A model generated the notes under the pieces. The model made no database searches, was not told the DNA's origin, and was given only the letters and a program-made list of their open reading frames with translations. A DNA stretch of 64,000 nucleotides from an uncultured Candidatus Saccharibacteria bacterium (GTDB lineage Bacteria; Patescibacteriota; WWE3; 2-01-FULL-39-13): positions 35,281-99,280 of the forward strand of contig CAYJKF010000005.1 of the NCBI GenBank assembly GCA_964370865.1, read 5' to 3'. Made by a program: the position numbers and the translations under genes. Each line of letters begins with the position of its first letter. Position 1 is the first letter of the stretch. Below are positions 20,638-32,458 of this stretch, piece by piece.

Positions 20638-21462
20638 CTAATTAGTATTCAGGGTAGATAGTATCTTCTTTGCCTGTTCTTTTCGTGTATTTAATAAGCC
20701 GGTTTTATCCTCTAAGCTGAGAATATCTTCGGCATACATTCTAGCTAATTCCGGTCTGTTCTCATTCTGGCAAATCGTTGCATAAGTAATCCATAAACCT
20801 GACTTCCACACTCTTATTTTCATTAATCCATCTGAATTTTTAAGTTCTTCTTCGTATCCGTTGTAGAGGGCTATTTCACCTTCGTGCAATGTGGCGAGGG
20901 CTTTATGAACATCTTTGTTTGCTAAGTAATGAAGTTGAGCTAGTTTAGTAAACACCCAGGCTTTGTGAGCCTCTGAACCTCCGAGATTTTCTATTGAATA
21001 TTGTACGTAAGAAAAAGCCGAAGCAACTTTATCATCGTTACCACTAATGCTGCCCATTTTCAGCTGTTCGATAATTGTGTCTGATAGGTGAGCATATACA
21101 ATTGCTTTTCTAGCTTTGTCATCTGGAAAGTGCGTTTCAAGTAGTTCAAGGGCTCTTAGCTGAATGTCTTCCGCCTGTTGTATTCTTCCTGATTTTTCAT
21201 CCAGATTTTCTGTGGCTCCGGCCCAATTTACATAGGCAATTCGTAGGTGTCCAAGAACGTCTAATTCGCCACTAGGATTATTATTTTCTTGGTCCCATTT
21301 GATGACATTTTTTAGACCTCCAACAGCAGATTCGAAATCCTCTTGCTCCCTTAAAATCACGTAGTGATTTTTCAGATTTTCTCTTTCTTCTACGTTTTGT
21401 ATTTCAACATTTGTGTCCATATGTTTGAATTGTACTACAATCCAATTGCAGTGTGACTTCAA
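20638..21462 (-). CDS. Hypothetical all-helical (TPR-like?) protein. The track start is TTG; a more likely ATG start lies near 21420.
   Basis: ORF only. Repeated helical segments. Confidence 0.35.
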   Translation of the reverse strand: MKSHCNWIVVQFKHMDTNVEIQNVEERENLKNHYVILREQEDFESAVGGLKNVIKWDQENNNPSGELDVLGHLRIAYVNWAGATENLDEKSGRIQQAEDIQLRALELLETHFPDDKARKAIVYAHLSDTIIEQLKMGSISGNDDKVASAFSYVQYSIENLGGSEAHKAWVFTKLAQLHYLANKDVHKALATLHEGEIALYNGYEEELKNSDGLMKIRVWKSGLWITYATICQNENRPELARMYAEDILSLEDKTGLLNTRKEQAKKILSTLNTN

Positions 21463-21701
21463 TTTGTCATAGTTAATATCGCGGGTAAATGAAAAGCTTC
21501 TAGCGGATTACTATATTAACCGCAAATGGTAATATTTTTTGTTTTTCCCGCGAGAAAAACGTATCCAAGGTTGATTTAGCGTTATTAATATTGTGACATT
21601 ACTTTCTGCTTGGTTGAGTTCCTTCCTCCAAACTTTTAAGTATAGATAGTCCTAATAATTTTATATTAGGGTTGTAATCTAAATGGTGTTAGAATGATTA
21701 T

Positions 21702-22700
21702 ATGAAGACGAATAATACTCCTGTAGAAATTTGGCAGGAAATTATAAAATCAAAAAATCCAATTTGTACAATCGACTCGAGGTTCGATTGTGATGCGTTT
21801 GGGTCTACCTTAACTCTCCGAAAAATTCTAAAAGAGCAGTATTCAATTGACCTCAGATTAACGTATGTCGACACAATTCCAGCGTATGCTTTAAAGGAGG
21901 CATTGTTCGATTTTAAGAAAGTCGAGCAGGCACTAGATCCAAAAAAAATTGACTACTCTAAACATGATTTATTAATAGTCATGGACTCCGGAAGTGAGTA
22001 TCACACTTCGATGGATTTGGAATATAAATTGCCAGCCGACATCAAGAAAATAAATATTGATCACCATGATACAAATGAATCTTATGGTGACTTAAATTTC
22101 GTAGATGCGACTGCGGTATCGACCTGTTCAATTTTGTTTAGAATCCTAAAAGAAAATAACATCCCAATAGATCAGGAGTGTGCTCAAATGTTACTTTCTG
22201 GTCAATATACTGATAGCGGATTTTTCCAATTCGAGAAGGTAACTTCTGATGAATTTAGAATTACAGCTGAATTAACAGATCTTGGCGCCTCCGTTTACAA
22301 GCTTTCCCAGAAATTATTTAATAACGAATCAATTCATTCGATTAAATTTAAGGAATTAGTATTCAGCAAAGTTGTAGTGGAAGGTGACTATGCCTATTCG
22401 ACTTACTTGCAACAAGATTTAGTGGATAGAGGAATTGTAAGAGGAGAGGTTCCCACAAAAGCTGTGGATTTGATAAAAAGAATAGCCGGTACAAAATTTG
22501 TTTTTGTAACAAGCCAAGATAGTCGTGGAGTTTTTGGAACTAGCTTTCGTGCTCACGAAGCAGGTTATGATGTCTCGAAATTTGCGAAAGCTTTAGGTGG
22601 AGGCGGACATCTTGCTGCCGCTTCTTGTGATTTAGTTGAAGCAAAAACTTTAGAAGAAGCCTTATCGATGACGATCGAAGTTATTAAATCATTAGCCTAA
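21702..22700 (+). CDS. DHH/DHHA1 phosphoesterase (NrnA-like oligoribonuclease/pAp phosphatase).
   Basis: DHH motifs (LIVMDSG ... NIDHHDTNE). A DHHA1 GGGGH motif near the C-terminus. Confidence 0.7.
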   Translation: MKTNNTPVEIWQEIIKSKNPICTIDSRFDCDAFGSTLTLRKILKEQYSIDLRLTYVDTIPAYALKEALFDFKKVEQALDPKKIDYSKHDLLIVMDSGSEYHTSMDLEYKLPADIKKINIDHHDTNESYGDLNFVDATAVSTCSILFRILKENNIPIDQECAQMLLSGQYTDSGFFQFEKVTSDEFRITAELTDLGASVYKLSQKLFNNESIHSIKFKELVFSKVVVEGDYAYSTYLQQDLVDRGIVRGEVPTKAVDLIKRIAGTKFVFVTSQDSRGVFGTSFRAHEAGYDVSKFAKALGGGGHLAAASCDLVEAKTLEEALSMTIEVIKSLA

Positions 22701-23320
22701 TGAACAAGGGTCAATTTGCACAGTTGTTTCCACAATTAGAGGATAAATACGATTTGTTTGCTGAGTTAGTTAATTTAGTCCATGAAAAAAGCAAGGTCGT
22801 AAATATTACCGCTATTAAAGAAAAAGATCAGATATGGGAGAAACACATTGTCGATTCACTTCAACCTATTAATTTCCTGGATTTAAGTGAAAAAACTGTT
22901 ATAGATATTGGAACCGGTGCCGGTTTTCCGGGGCTTCCATTAGCAATCGCCATGCCTGAAGCTAGTTTTGTTCTACTAGATTCAACATTGAAGAAAATAA
23001 ATATCGTTAAGGAATTTGCCAACTCGCTTGGGCTCAAAAACGTAAAAGCTAAATGGGGAAGGGCAGAAGAGCTTAAAAATGAACAATACGATATAGTGGT
23101 AAGCCGTGCGGTTGGATATTTACCTAAATTGCTAACAACCCTACGACCTTTTGTAAAAAAAGGTGGCCAGATTATTGTTTATAAATCCTATATCGAAGAG
23201 GAAATTAAAGAGGGAGAACTATTACTTGGGTCGCTAAATCTAAAAAGAGGAGATCCTTACGAATACTACTTACCCTCTGATTCGCAGTCTAAACGAATAC
23301 TTTTATCGTATTTGGGATAG
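22700..23320 (+). CDS. rsmG: 16S rRNA (guanine527-N7)-methyltransferase RsmG (GidB).
   Basis: A SAM-binding IDIGTGAGFPGLPLAI. RsmG-like length. The start is coupled to the upstream stop (TAATG). Confidence 0.8.
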   Translation: MNKGQFAQLFPQLEDKYDLFAELVNLVHEKSKVVNITAIKEKDQIWEKHIVDSLQPINFLDLSEKTVIDIGTGAGFPGLPLAIAMPEASFVLLDSTLKKINIVKEFANSLGLKNVKAKWGRAEELKNEQYDIVVSRAVGYLPKLLTTLRPFVKKGGQIIVYKSYIEEEIKEGELLLGSLNLKRGDPYEYYLPSDSQSKRILLSYLG

Positions 23321-23324
23321 TTTT

Positions 23325-24326
23325 TTACTGATGTCCACCGCAGCCGCAGTTTCCTCCACATGAACATTCATGGTCGCCTTTTCCATCGGAGTCGTCGTCA
23401 CACTCGCAATCCTCTCCGCATCCAATTTCCTCCGCATCGAGTAGATCCATAAGTTTATCTCTTAGATCTTCTGCGTCTTCATCATTCTTAGCCAATGTAA
23501 ATTTGATAACTGTTTCTAAATAACTCATTGGATCACCAGTTGTTAACCATTCACCCTCTATTTCACGTACTAATACTTTATGTTGTTTAGCCATTCTATG
23601 AATAGCGTCTACCATCCACAATTCATCGTCTTTACCTAGGTTTTCTTGTTTTGGTGCTAGATAATCAAAGATTTTTGGATCTAAGACGTAGCCACTAAAG
23701 CTAACTAGTGAAGATGGGGAATCTTTAGGTTTAGGCTTCTCGATAATGTAATCTAATAAATGTTCATCGCCTTTTTTAAGTTTTATCATTCCATATTTTG
23801 TTACATCGGCTTCTGGCAAATCTTTTGCTGGAATTACGGCTAAAACATCGTCCGGCGCGTTTTCATATGCTTCTATCATTTCCTTTGCTCTGGATTTTCC
23901 TAGTACTAAATCATCGGTATATATATAGATAAAGGGTTCGTCTCCAATATATGGTTTTGCGCTTAAGGCTGGTGTTCCGTTTCCATATGGAAGTGATTTA
24001 TCTTGTGTAATGACAATAATATTTGGAAGGCTAAATACCTCTCGTACTTTTTCAAACCGGCTCTCTTTGTTTTGTTTTTTGAGTTGTGCGTGAATGTGTT
24101 GAACTGTGTTATGAAAATAGTCTTCGTAGATTGGTTTACCTTCTTCTGTAGCGACCATTATGATTTCGGTTATTCCTGCCTCCATGCATTCTTCTACTAT
24201 AAATTGGGTAATTGGTTTATCCCATACTGGAAGCATTGATTTAGGTAAGGTTTTAGTTATAGGCAAAAACCTTGTTGCGTAACCTGCATCAGTTAAAACT
24301 GCTTTTCGAACTTTCTGTTTTGACAT
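23325..24326 (-). CDS. UTP-glucose-1-phosphate uridylyltransferase-like sugar nucleotidyltransferase with a Cys/His-rich C-terminal tail.
   Basis: AGYATRFLPITKTLPKSMLPV matches the GalU G-x-G-T-R-x-LP-x-TK-x-PKEMLP signature. C-terminal CGEDCECDDDSDGKGDHECSCGGNCGCGGHQ. Confidence 0.7.
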   Translation of the reverse strand: MSKQKVRKAVLTDAGYATRFLPITKTLPKSMLPVWDKPITQFIVEECMEAGITEIIMVATEEGKPIYEDYFHNTVQHIHAQLKKQNKESRFEKVREVFSLPNIIVITQDKSLPYGNGTPALSAKPYIGDEPFIYIYTDDLVLGKSRAKEMIEAYENAPDDVLAVIPAKDLPEADVTKYGMIKLKKGDEHLLDYIIEKPKPKDSPSSLVSFSGYVLDPKIFDYLAPKQENLGKDDELWMVDAIHRMAKQHKVLVREIEGEWLTTGDPMSYLETVIKFTLAKNDEDAEDLRDKLMDLLDAEEIGCGEDCECDDDSDGKGDHECSCGGNCGCGGHQ

Positions 24327-24397
24327 GAGTAGAGTATAGATAAGTGGATTAATTTTGTCGATGTAGATTTAATCATGGATGGTGCTAAAATCGGGGC

Positions 24398-25051
24398 ATG
24401 TTGAACGGTGACGGCTTTTTAATAAGGGAAAATTGGCCGGAGGAAGTTGGTCTGATAATACCAGCACAAATGGAAGGTCTACAAGAATATACTCTATCTG
24501 GATTGGGCAAATTTGATGTTGGCTTATTTGACTATCTATTAAGCCGAGACGTCTCGGAAGTTTTACCTTGTCCTTCGATTGCGGAAGTTTTGCTTAATAA
24601 TATTTCGACGGCAGTGTATTCTTTGGCCCCAGCTGTAGATTGGGATGGCAAGGAGAAAATAATAGCGACATATACGGCTGTTAATGATCACCAAGCAAGT
24701 AGTGAAGGTGCATACAGGATTATGGTTCAAGATGTAGTTAATAGAAGGGGACAATGGGTTTTGTGGGCACCACCAGGAACAAATAACACGATCTTTTATT
24801 GGGAAGGTAAAACTTTTACAACCCGTCAAAATGCTTTTTCGGAGTGTCATGTAAACGCCGCAAAGCTTAAACAAGAATTATATTGGTGGAATTCAAATCC
24901 TCTCTCGGTATTTGGTTCGTTCGAAGCTTTGGGATACAAATTTGTCGATTCCTTGATGCCAGATGACGTGCGAGACACGTTAAGGAATCAAACGAAGTTG
25001 GTAACGGGGTCTATCAATCCCTCCGCATATTGGGAAGATCATAAATTATAA
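24398..25051 (+). CDS. Hypothetical protein.
   Basis: ORF only. W-rich, no motif. Confidence 0.3.
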   Translation: MLNGDGFLIRENWPEEVGLIIPAQMEGLQEYTLSGLGKFDVGLFDYLLSRDVSEVLPCPSIAEVLLNNISTAVYSLAPAVDWDGKEKIIATYTAVNDHQASSEGAYRIMVQDVVNRRGQWVLWAPPGTNNTIFYWEGKTFTTRQNAFSECHVNAAKLKQELYWWNSNPLSVFGSFEALGYKFVDSLMPDDVRDTLRNQTKLVTGSINPSAYWEDHKL

Positions 25052-25202
25052 GTATTTCAGTAATTTCTTTCTCTATGCTCCTAAAAAAATTAGTCGGACA
25101 CACGGTATCACATTCATGCAGTATGTTGCATGGACTGTGAGTTTAGACGCAGTTAGAGAGCGCGTCTTGTGTCCACCGGGATCTTGCGATTTGGAAGTAG
25201 CT

Positions 25203-25454
25203 TTATGGGTTGACCCACTGACCGCCTCGGCAAACTTTTTCCAATTTGCCCCATTGGAACCAGTTAAGCCCTTCCTGGCAAGGCCCAGGGGGCGGTAGTG
25301 TTGGAACATAAACATTGTTGTATCGCGGGGCAGCATCGTATTGCGGAGGTGGATTTCCGAGGATGTTTTCGGACTCTAGGCCTAGTCCACCTAGGGCACA
25401 GAGTCCCAGTAGAACGATTACTCCAAAACCTATCAAAATCAGCTTGTCGCTCAT
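25203..25454 (-). CDS. Small (about 83 aa) signal-anchored, Pro-rich, two-Cys peptide, compositionally GC-rich. The track ORF runs to 25490; the proposed start is the ATG at 25454.
   Basis: A strong RBS GGAGATAATC immediately upstream of the ATG (25454). An N-terminal hydrophobic helix MSDKLILIGFGVIVLLGLCALGG. GC-rich codons (CTG, CTC, GCC, CCG) unlike neighbouring genes. Confidence 0.4.
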   Translation of the reverse strand: MSDKLILIGFGVIVLLGLCALGGLGLESENILGNPPPQYDAAPRYNNVYVPTLPPPGPCQEGLNWFQWGKLEKVCRGGQWVNP

Positions 25455-25681
25455 GATTATCTCCAGTGTTAAAGTGCAAGATCCGCACATAATTTTACGC
25501 TTAATCGTTTATATTTCTACCATGTAATAGAATTCTGTGATAGTTGAAATTAAGAAAATCAGGGGTATAAACAATCGACAATTTAAAAACGATTTTTATG
25601 AATGTTTCATGTAATAGCCAAATTCCAGGTATCTATGAAATAAGATACGAAGTGCACAATTGTATTCTATCGTTGTGATTT

Positions 25682-27799
25682 GTGATTCTCGGAGTTACAA
25701 TTGCGTCTATTAAAATTATGGAGCAAGTTTTGGAATCAGATGTACCAGAGACTCCTTGCCCTTTCGTTCCTGAATCCCCGGAAGAGGTTGTTGATTCACT
25801 TACGGCTGAAATTTTAAATTACACCCACTTACAGACAGGAATTTACCCACAAGAAATACTCGATCCAGAATTTATTAACTTATACGAAATTGTTGTTAGT
25901 CAGGGAGATAGTTGGTGTAAATGGTCATTCTGCGATGAAGTTCTTACAAAAGTTAGAAAAATCGAAGAATTATACAGAGAGAGACAATTTGATGTATATA
26001 AATCTCATTTAATCGCCGAACAACTATTAAACCTAGAAAAATCGAGTATACAAGAGATATATGAGCATTTGGTAAATGAAAAGCGCGTTAGCCAGCTTAA
26101 TGGAGAAATTGTTACAAGTGAAGATCATAGTTTGGTTCCTTGGGTAAATAAACAAAGCTTAGAATGGTATGTCGTACAGCGAGGTTGTTTAGTGTTATTG
26201 ATAAATGAAGTACTTACAAATCCTAACCTAGATAGTGATTCGAAAGATTTAGTTATCAAGCAATTGGTAGAGGAATATCTCAAAGAGAAATATAGCTCGA
26301 TTAATAATAATCAGGCGGAGCCCATTGACCCAAAGATAGAAACGACAAAACCTAATAATATAAATGTAAATGGAAAAGAGAAGACTGGAATTGCCGCAAC
26401 CGTTTCCGCAGAAGATGTTCCGTTAGATATTGCAGAGAAAAGAAGGCTTGTAGAAATTAGTGGTTATAAAGTGATAAGAAGGGGTTCAATTGTGGTAGAT
26501 ATTATGGAATTTATCCAAAACCGTTCTCTAGATGAAGCTGTACAATTAATACAATTATTGGGGGATGAGGACATGTTTCCAGTAGTTGGAAATATAACCA
26601 TAGAAAATGGAGCAAAAAGGCGTTCGATAGTATTTACTAAAGTGATTCCTGATATTTATAGGGATTTAATACTTCATTTTGGTTATCGGCTAGCGGATAT
26701 TCCACCAGAAAATGGATTTGTCTTTGTAAATACAGTGAGAGGGCAAAGGACGCCTACTTTTCGTGATGTTCTAGTGAAAATGAAGGGTGAAGTTAAAACT
26801 GCTAAAAAAAAAGTTATGCCTAAGAATCTAAGAGCCGAGTCTGTAATTCCTCAAAAAGTATTTGAGGTAAGTAATACCACTACAGGTAATCCTAAGAAGC
26901 CAAGAGGGAGACCTAAAAAATCTTTGGATTCGAAATATAATGCCCAATTAAAGAGGAGAAATGGTGATTATGAGTTTTGGGGAGAGGTAGATGTTAAGGA
27001 GGATATGGAGTTTGGCGCTGTGCAGATACAATCTAGATCAGGTGCGCTAGGTGAGATAAATCATGTGTTGGAAATGGCTCGTATACAACCTGTTGAGATT
27101 CATTCACCGATTGGAATTAGCGGAACCTGTGTAGATGGTCATGCCAACGATGGGTTAATTGAACACGTGTGGTCGATTGAGGAGATGTGTTACGGCATCC
27201 ACACTGCTACAAGAAAATTGTCTGAGTCGGTCTCGTCTAATGGAGGAAAAATACATTCATTAAACGTACAAAGATATAGTCAAAAGATTAGAAGTTTGGT
27301 GTTTATGTTTATCCAAAGTGTTAATGAGCAAGAAAAGGGGGGAAAACTTAAACAAGGTGAAAAGAATGAGCTTTTTACAAAATTAGAAGATGATATCAAG
27401 TCAGCATATAACAAAGGTTTATCAAAGCTGCCTAAAGATAGTTCGCTAGGAGTATTACCTGATATTAAGAAGTCCGTCGATTTGGTCGAATTGATACAAA
27501 ATACCAAAGAGTTTGATGGATACCAATTTACACCAATCGATACAGATGTAACTTTTGAAGCCCGTGTATTCGTTAAAATGCATCGGGAGGGAAGCGATCA
27601 AGATATATATTTCTATCATACGTCCAACAATAGAGGATCGGCGCCGTCGGAGAGCCGTAAATATTCTATTAGAGAATTGCATAGATTTCTTGACTGTATT
27701 GAATTTACTAATAAGAATGTTAAGTACGATGTAGAGACAATATTAAGGGGATTGCAAGGTAAAGATCGGAAAGGGCGACTGTTTGTAATTGAATCTTAA
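25682..27799 (+). CDS. Large hypothetical protein with an AT-hook (GRP core). The track start is GTG; an ATG at 25718 is an alternative.
   Basis: KKPRGRPKKS matches the AT-hook minor-groove DNA-binding motif. No other recognisable domain. Confidence 0.4.
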   Translation: MILGVTIASIKIMEQVLESDVPETPCPFVPESPEEVVDSLTAEILNYTHLQTGIYPQEILDPEFINLYEIVVSQGDSWCKWSFCDEVLTKVRKIEELYRERQFDVYKSHLIAEQLLNLEKSSIQEIYEHLVNEKRVSQLNGEIVTSEDHSLVPWVNKQSLEWYVVQRGCLVLLINEVLTNPNLDSDSKDLVIKQLVEEYLKEKYSSINNNQAEPIDPKIETTKPNNINVNGKEKTGIAATVSAEDVPLDIAEKRRLVEISGYKVIRRGSIVVDIMEFIQNRSLDEAVQLIQLLGDEDMFPVVGNITIENGAKRRSIVFTKVIPDIYRDLILHFGYRLADIPPENGFVFVNTVRGQRTPTFRDVLVKMKGEVKTAKKKVMPKNLRAESVIPQKVFEVSNTTTGNPKKPRGRPKKSLDSKYNAQLKRRNGDYEFWGEVDVKEDMEFGAVQIQSRSGALGEINHVLEMARIQPVEIHSPIGISGTCVDGHANDGLIEHVWSIEEMCYGIHTATRKLSESVSSNGGKIHSLNVQRYSQKIRSLVFMFIQSVNEQEKGGKLKQGEKNELFTKLEDDIKSAYNKGLSKLPKDSSLGVLPDIKKSVDLVELIQNTKEFDGYQFTPIDTDVTFEARVFVKMHREGSDQDIYFYHTSNNRGSAPSESRKYSIRELHRFLDCIEFTNKNVKYDVETILRGLQGKDRKGRLFVIES

Positions 27800-27839
27800 G
27801 AAAACTATATATCCCCAAAAAAATTGTGTTATTTTACTG

Positions 27840-27869
27840 TTGACTTAACATACAAATTCATCGTAATAT
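27840..27869 (+). promoter_or_regulatory. Candidate promoter for the tRNA-Ala-23S-5S unit (TTGACT, 18-nt spacer, TAATAT).
   Basis: Near-consensus -35 and -10 boxes about 130 nt upstream of tRNA-Ala. Confidence 0.5.
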
Positions 27870-27997
27870 ACTCACTAGTTTATTTAGTTAACGTTGTTCT
27901 ACAACCTCTTAACTCCAATTTCAAAATTATAAGTAAGTAAGACCGAAACGAAGTTCTGGTTTTATTGTTGGTACAACCTTTTCGTTGTATTAAGTTC

Positions 27998-28074
27998 GGG
28001 CCGATAGCTCAATTGGCTAGAGCACTTCATTTGCAATGAAGAGGTCATGGGTTCGAATCCCATTCGGTCCACCA
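27998..28074 (+). tRNA. tRNA-Ala (anticodon UGC).
   Basis: GGGCCGA-TA-GCTC-AATTGGCTA-GAGC-A-CTTCA-TTTGCAA-TGAAG-AGGTC-ATGGG-TTCGAAT-CCCAT-TCGGTCC-A-CCA. The G3:U70 Ala identity pair is present. Confidence 0.9.
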
Positions 28075-28214
28075 TTTACTTAACTGCCTTTTCTGTTTGA
28101 AGTTCTTACTCGGATTTGGATTGTAATATTCAGATTCGAGACATGAACTTTAAAAAAGTTTATTGCTCTTTAAAAACTGAATAGATCAAAAGTTTATCGA
28201 AATCAAATTTATCG

Positions 28215-31112
<2,898 letters not shown>

Positions 31113-31197
31113 TTGACGTGATTTTGATAAACATGAAGTCTATTCAGTTTTTAGGGAGTAATAAATTAATACTAAGTAATTAGCTTTAATTGGCACG

Positions 31198-31318
<121 letters not shown>

Positions 31319-31357
31319 GTGCTCATTAAATAAAAATTAGTAGGAGATTATTTAAAA

Positions 31358-32458
31358 ATGGCAACACAGACAAAAACAACAGAATTAAAAGAGTTAATGC
31401 TAAAGCATTCAAAACAGGTTAAAAACTATAGCTTTGGTGAACCAGTTACTGGAAAAATTGTTCACGTAGATAAAAGATATATTCTCTTAGATATTGGAGC
31501 TAAATCAGAAGGTTTAATTTCAAGTGATGAGATAAAATTACTTCCAAATAAAAAAGTAGAAATCGGACAAGAACTATCAGCGATAGTTATTTATCCCGAA
31601 GATTCTAGAGGTAATTTGATTTTATCACTCAAAAAAGCCAGATCAGCAAAAGGTTGGGAAGCATTAGAAATAGCCTTTAGAGATCAAGAAATCATTACCG
31701 TAAATGTTATTGATTATTTCAAAGGTGGATTAATCGTTGATGCTTTTGGACAAAGAGGTTTTGTTCCAATTAGTCATTTAAACAGGAGCCATTTTGAGCA
31801 ATTTAATAATGCTATGGCAGAAGGTCAAACTTCTGATTCCGCTAAATCGCTTGGTGGGTTAAAAGGTACTCCAATTCAAGTAAAAATTATAGAAATTGAT
31901 TCCACCAAAAATAGGTTAGTTCTTTCCGAAAAAGAAGCTAGACCACAAGAAGAATTACTAATTCGAGAAGAAAAATTATCAAAGATTAAACTGGGAGAAG
32001 TCGTTGAAGCCAAAGTTTCAACGGTCTTACCATATGGAGTTTTAGTTGATTTAGGTGGAATTGATGGATTAGTTCACATTTCAGAAATTGCATGGGAAAA
32101 AGTCGAATCAGCATCTGATTATTTTAAAGTTGGAGATCCAATTACAGTAAAAATTATCGGAATTGATGACGACAAGATTGCATTATCAGTTAAAGAATTA
32201 AAAGATAACCCATGGGATAACGTCGAAGAAAAATATCCATTAGGAAAAGTTATAACTTCTAAAGTTACAAAAGTCGTACCGTTTGGTGTATTTGTAGAGT
32301 TAGAAAAAGGTTTGGACGGTTTGATTCACGTTTCGGAAACAGTTGCTCCATTGAATGTTGGTGATGATGTTACTGCCGTGGTTGTTAATGTAGATTCCAA
32401 ACAGAGGAAATTAGCCCTTAGCGTAAGACAAATCGAAGATTCCAAAATCTATAGATAA
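31358..32458 (+). CDS. rpsA: 30S ribosomal protein S1 (short four-S1-domain form).
   Basis: Four repeated S1 OB-fold units (e.g. GEVVEAKVSTVLPYGVLVDLGGIDGLVHISE). A GGAG RBS. Starts 40 nt after the 5S. Confidence 0.85.
   Translation: MATQTKTTELKELMLKHSKQVKNYSFGEPVTGKIVHVDKRYILLDIGAKSEGLISSDEIKLLPNKKVEIGQELSAIVIYPEDSRGNLILSLKKARSAKGWEALEIAFRDQEIITVNVIDYFKGGLIVDAFGQRGFVPISHLNRSHFEQFNNAMAEGQTSDSAKSLGGLKGTPIQVKIIEIDSTKNRLVLSEKEARPQEELLIREEKLSKIKLGEVVEAKVSTVLPYGVLVDLGGIDGLVHISEIAWEKVESASDYFKVGDPITVKIIGIDDDKIALSVKELKDNPWDNVEEKYPLGKVITSKVTKVVPFGVFVELEKGLDGLIHVSETVAPLNVGDDVTAVVVNVDSKQRKLALSVRQIEDSKIYR

Noticed and set aside
20578-20640. GGGAAAAGTCGAAAAATCCC after tRNA-Ile as a terminator.
   Set aside because: Only a 4-bp stem with a large loop and no U-tract.
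25060-25460. tmRNA, SRP or RNase P RNA hypothesis for the GC-rich block.
   Set aside because: No conserved motifs of those RNAs occur on either strand. A well-formed protein gene (RBS plus signal peptide) explains the region, although an overlapping RNA cannot be excluded.
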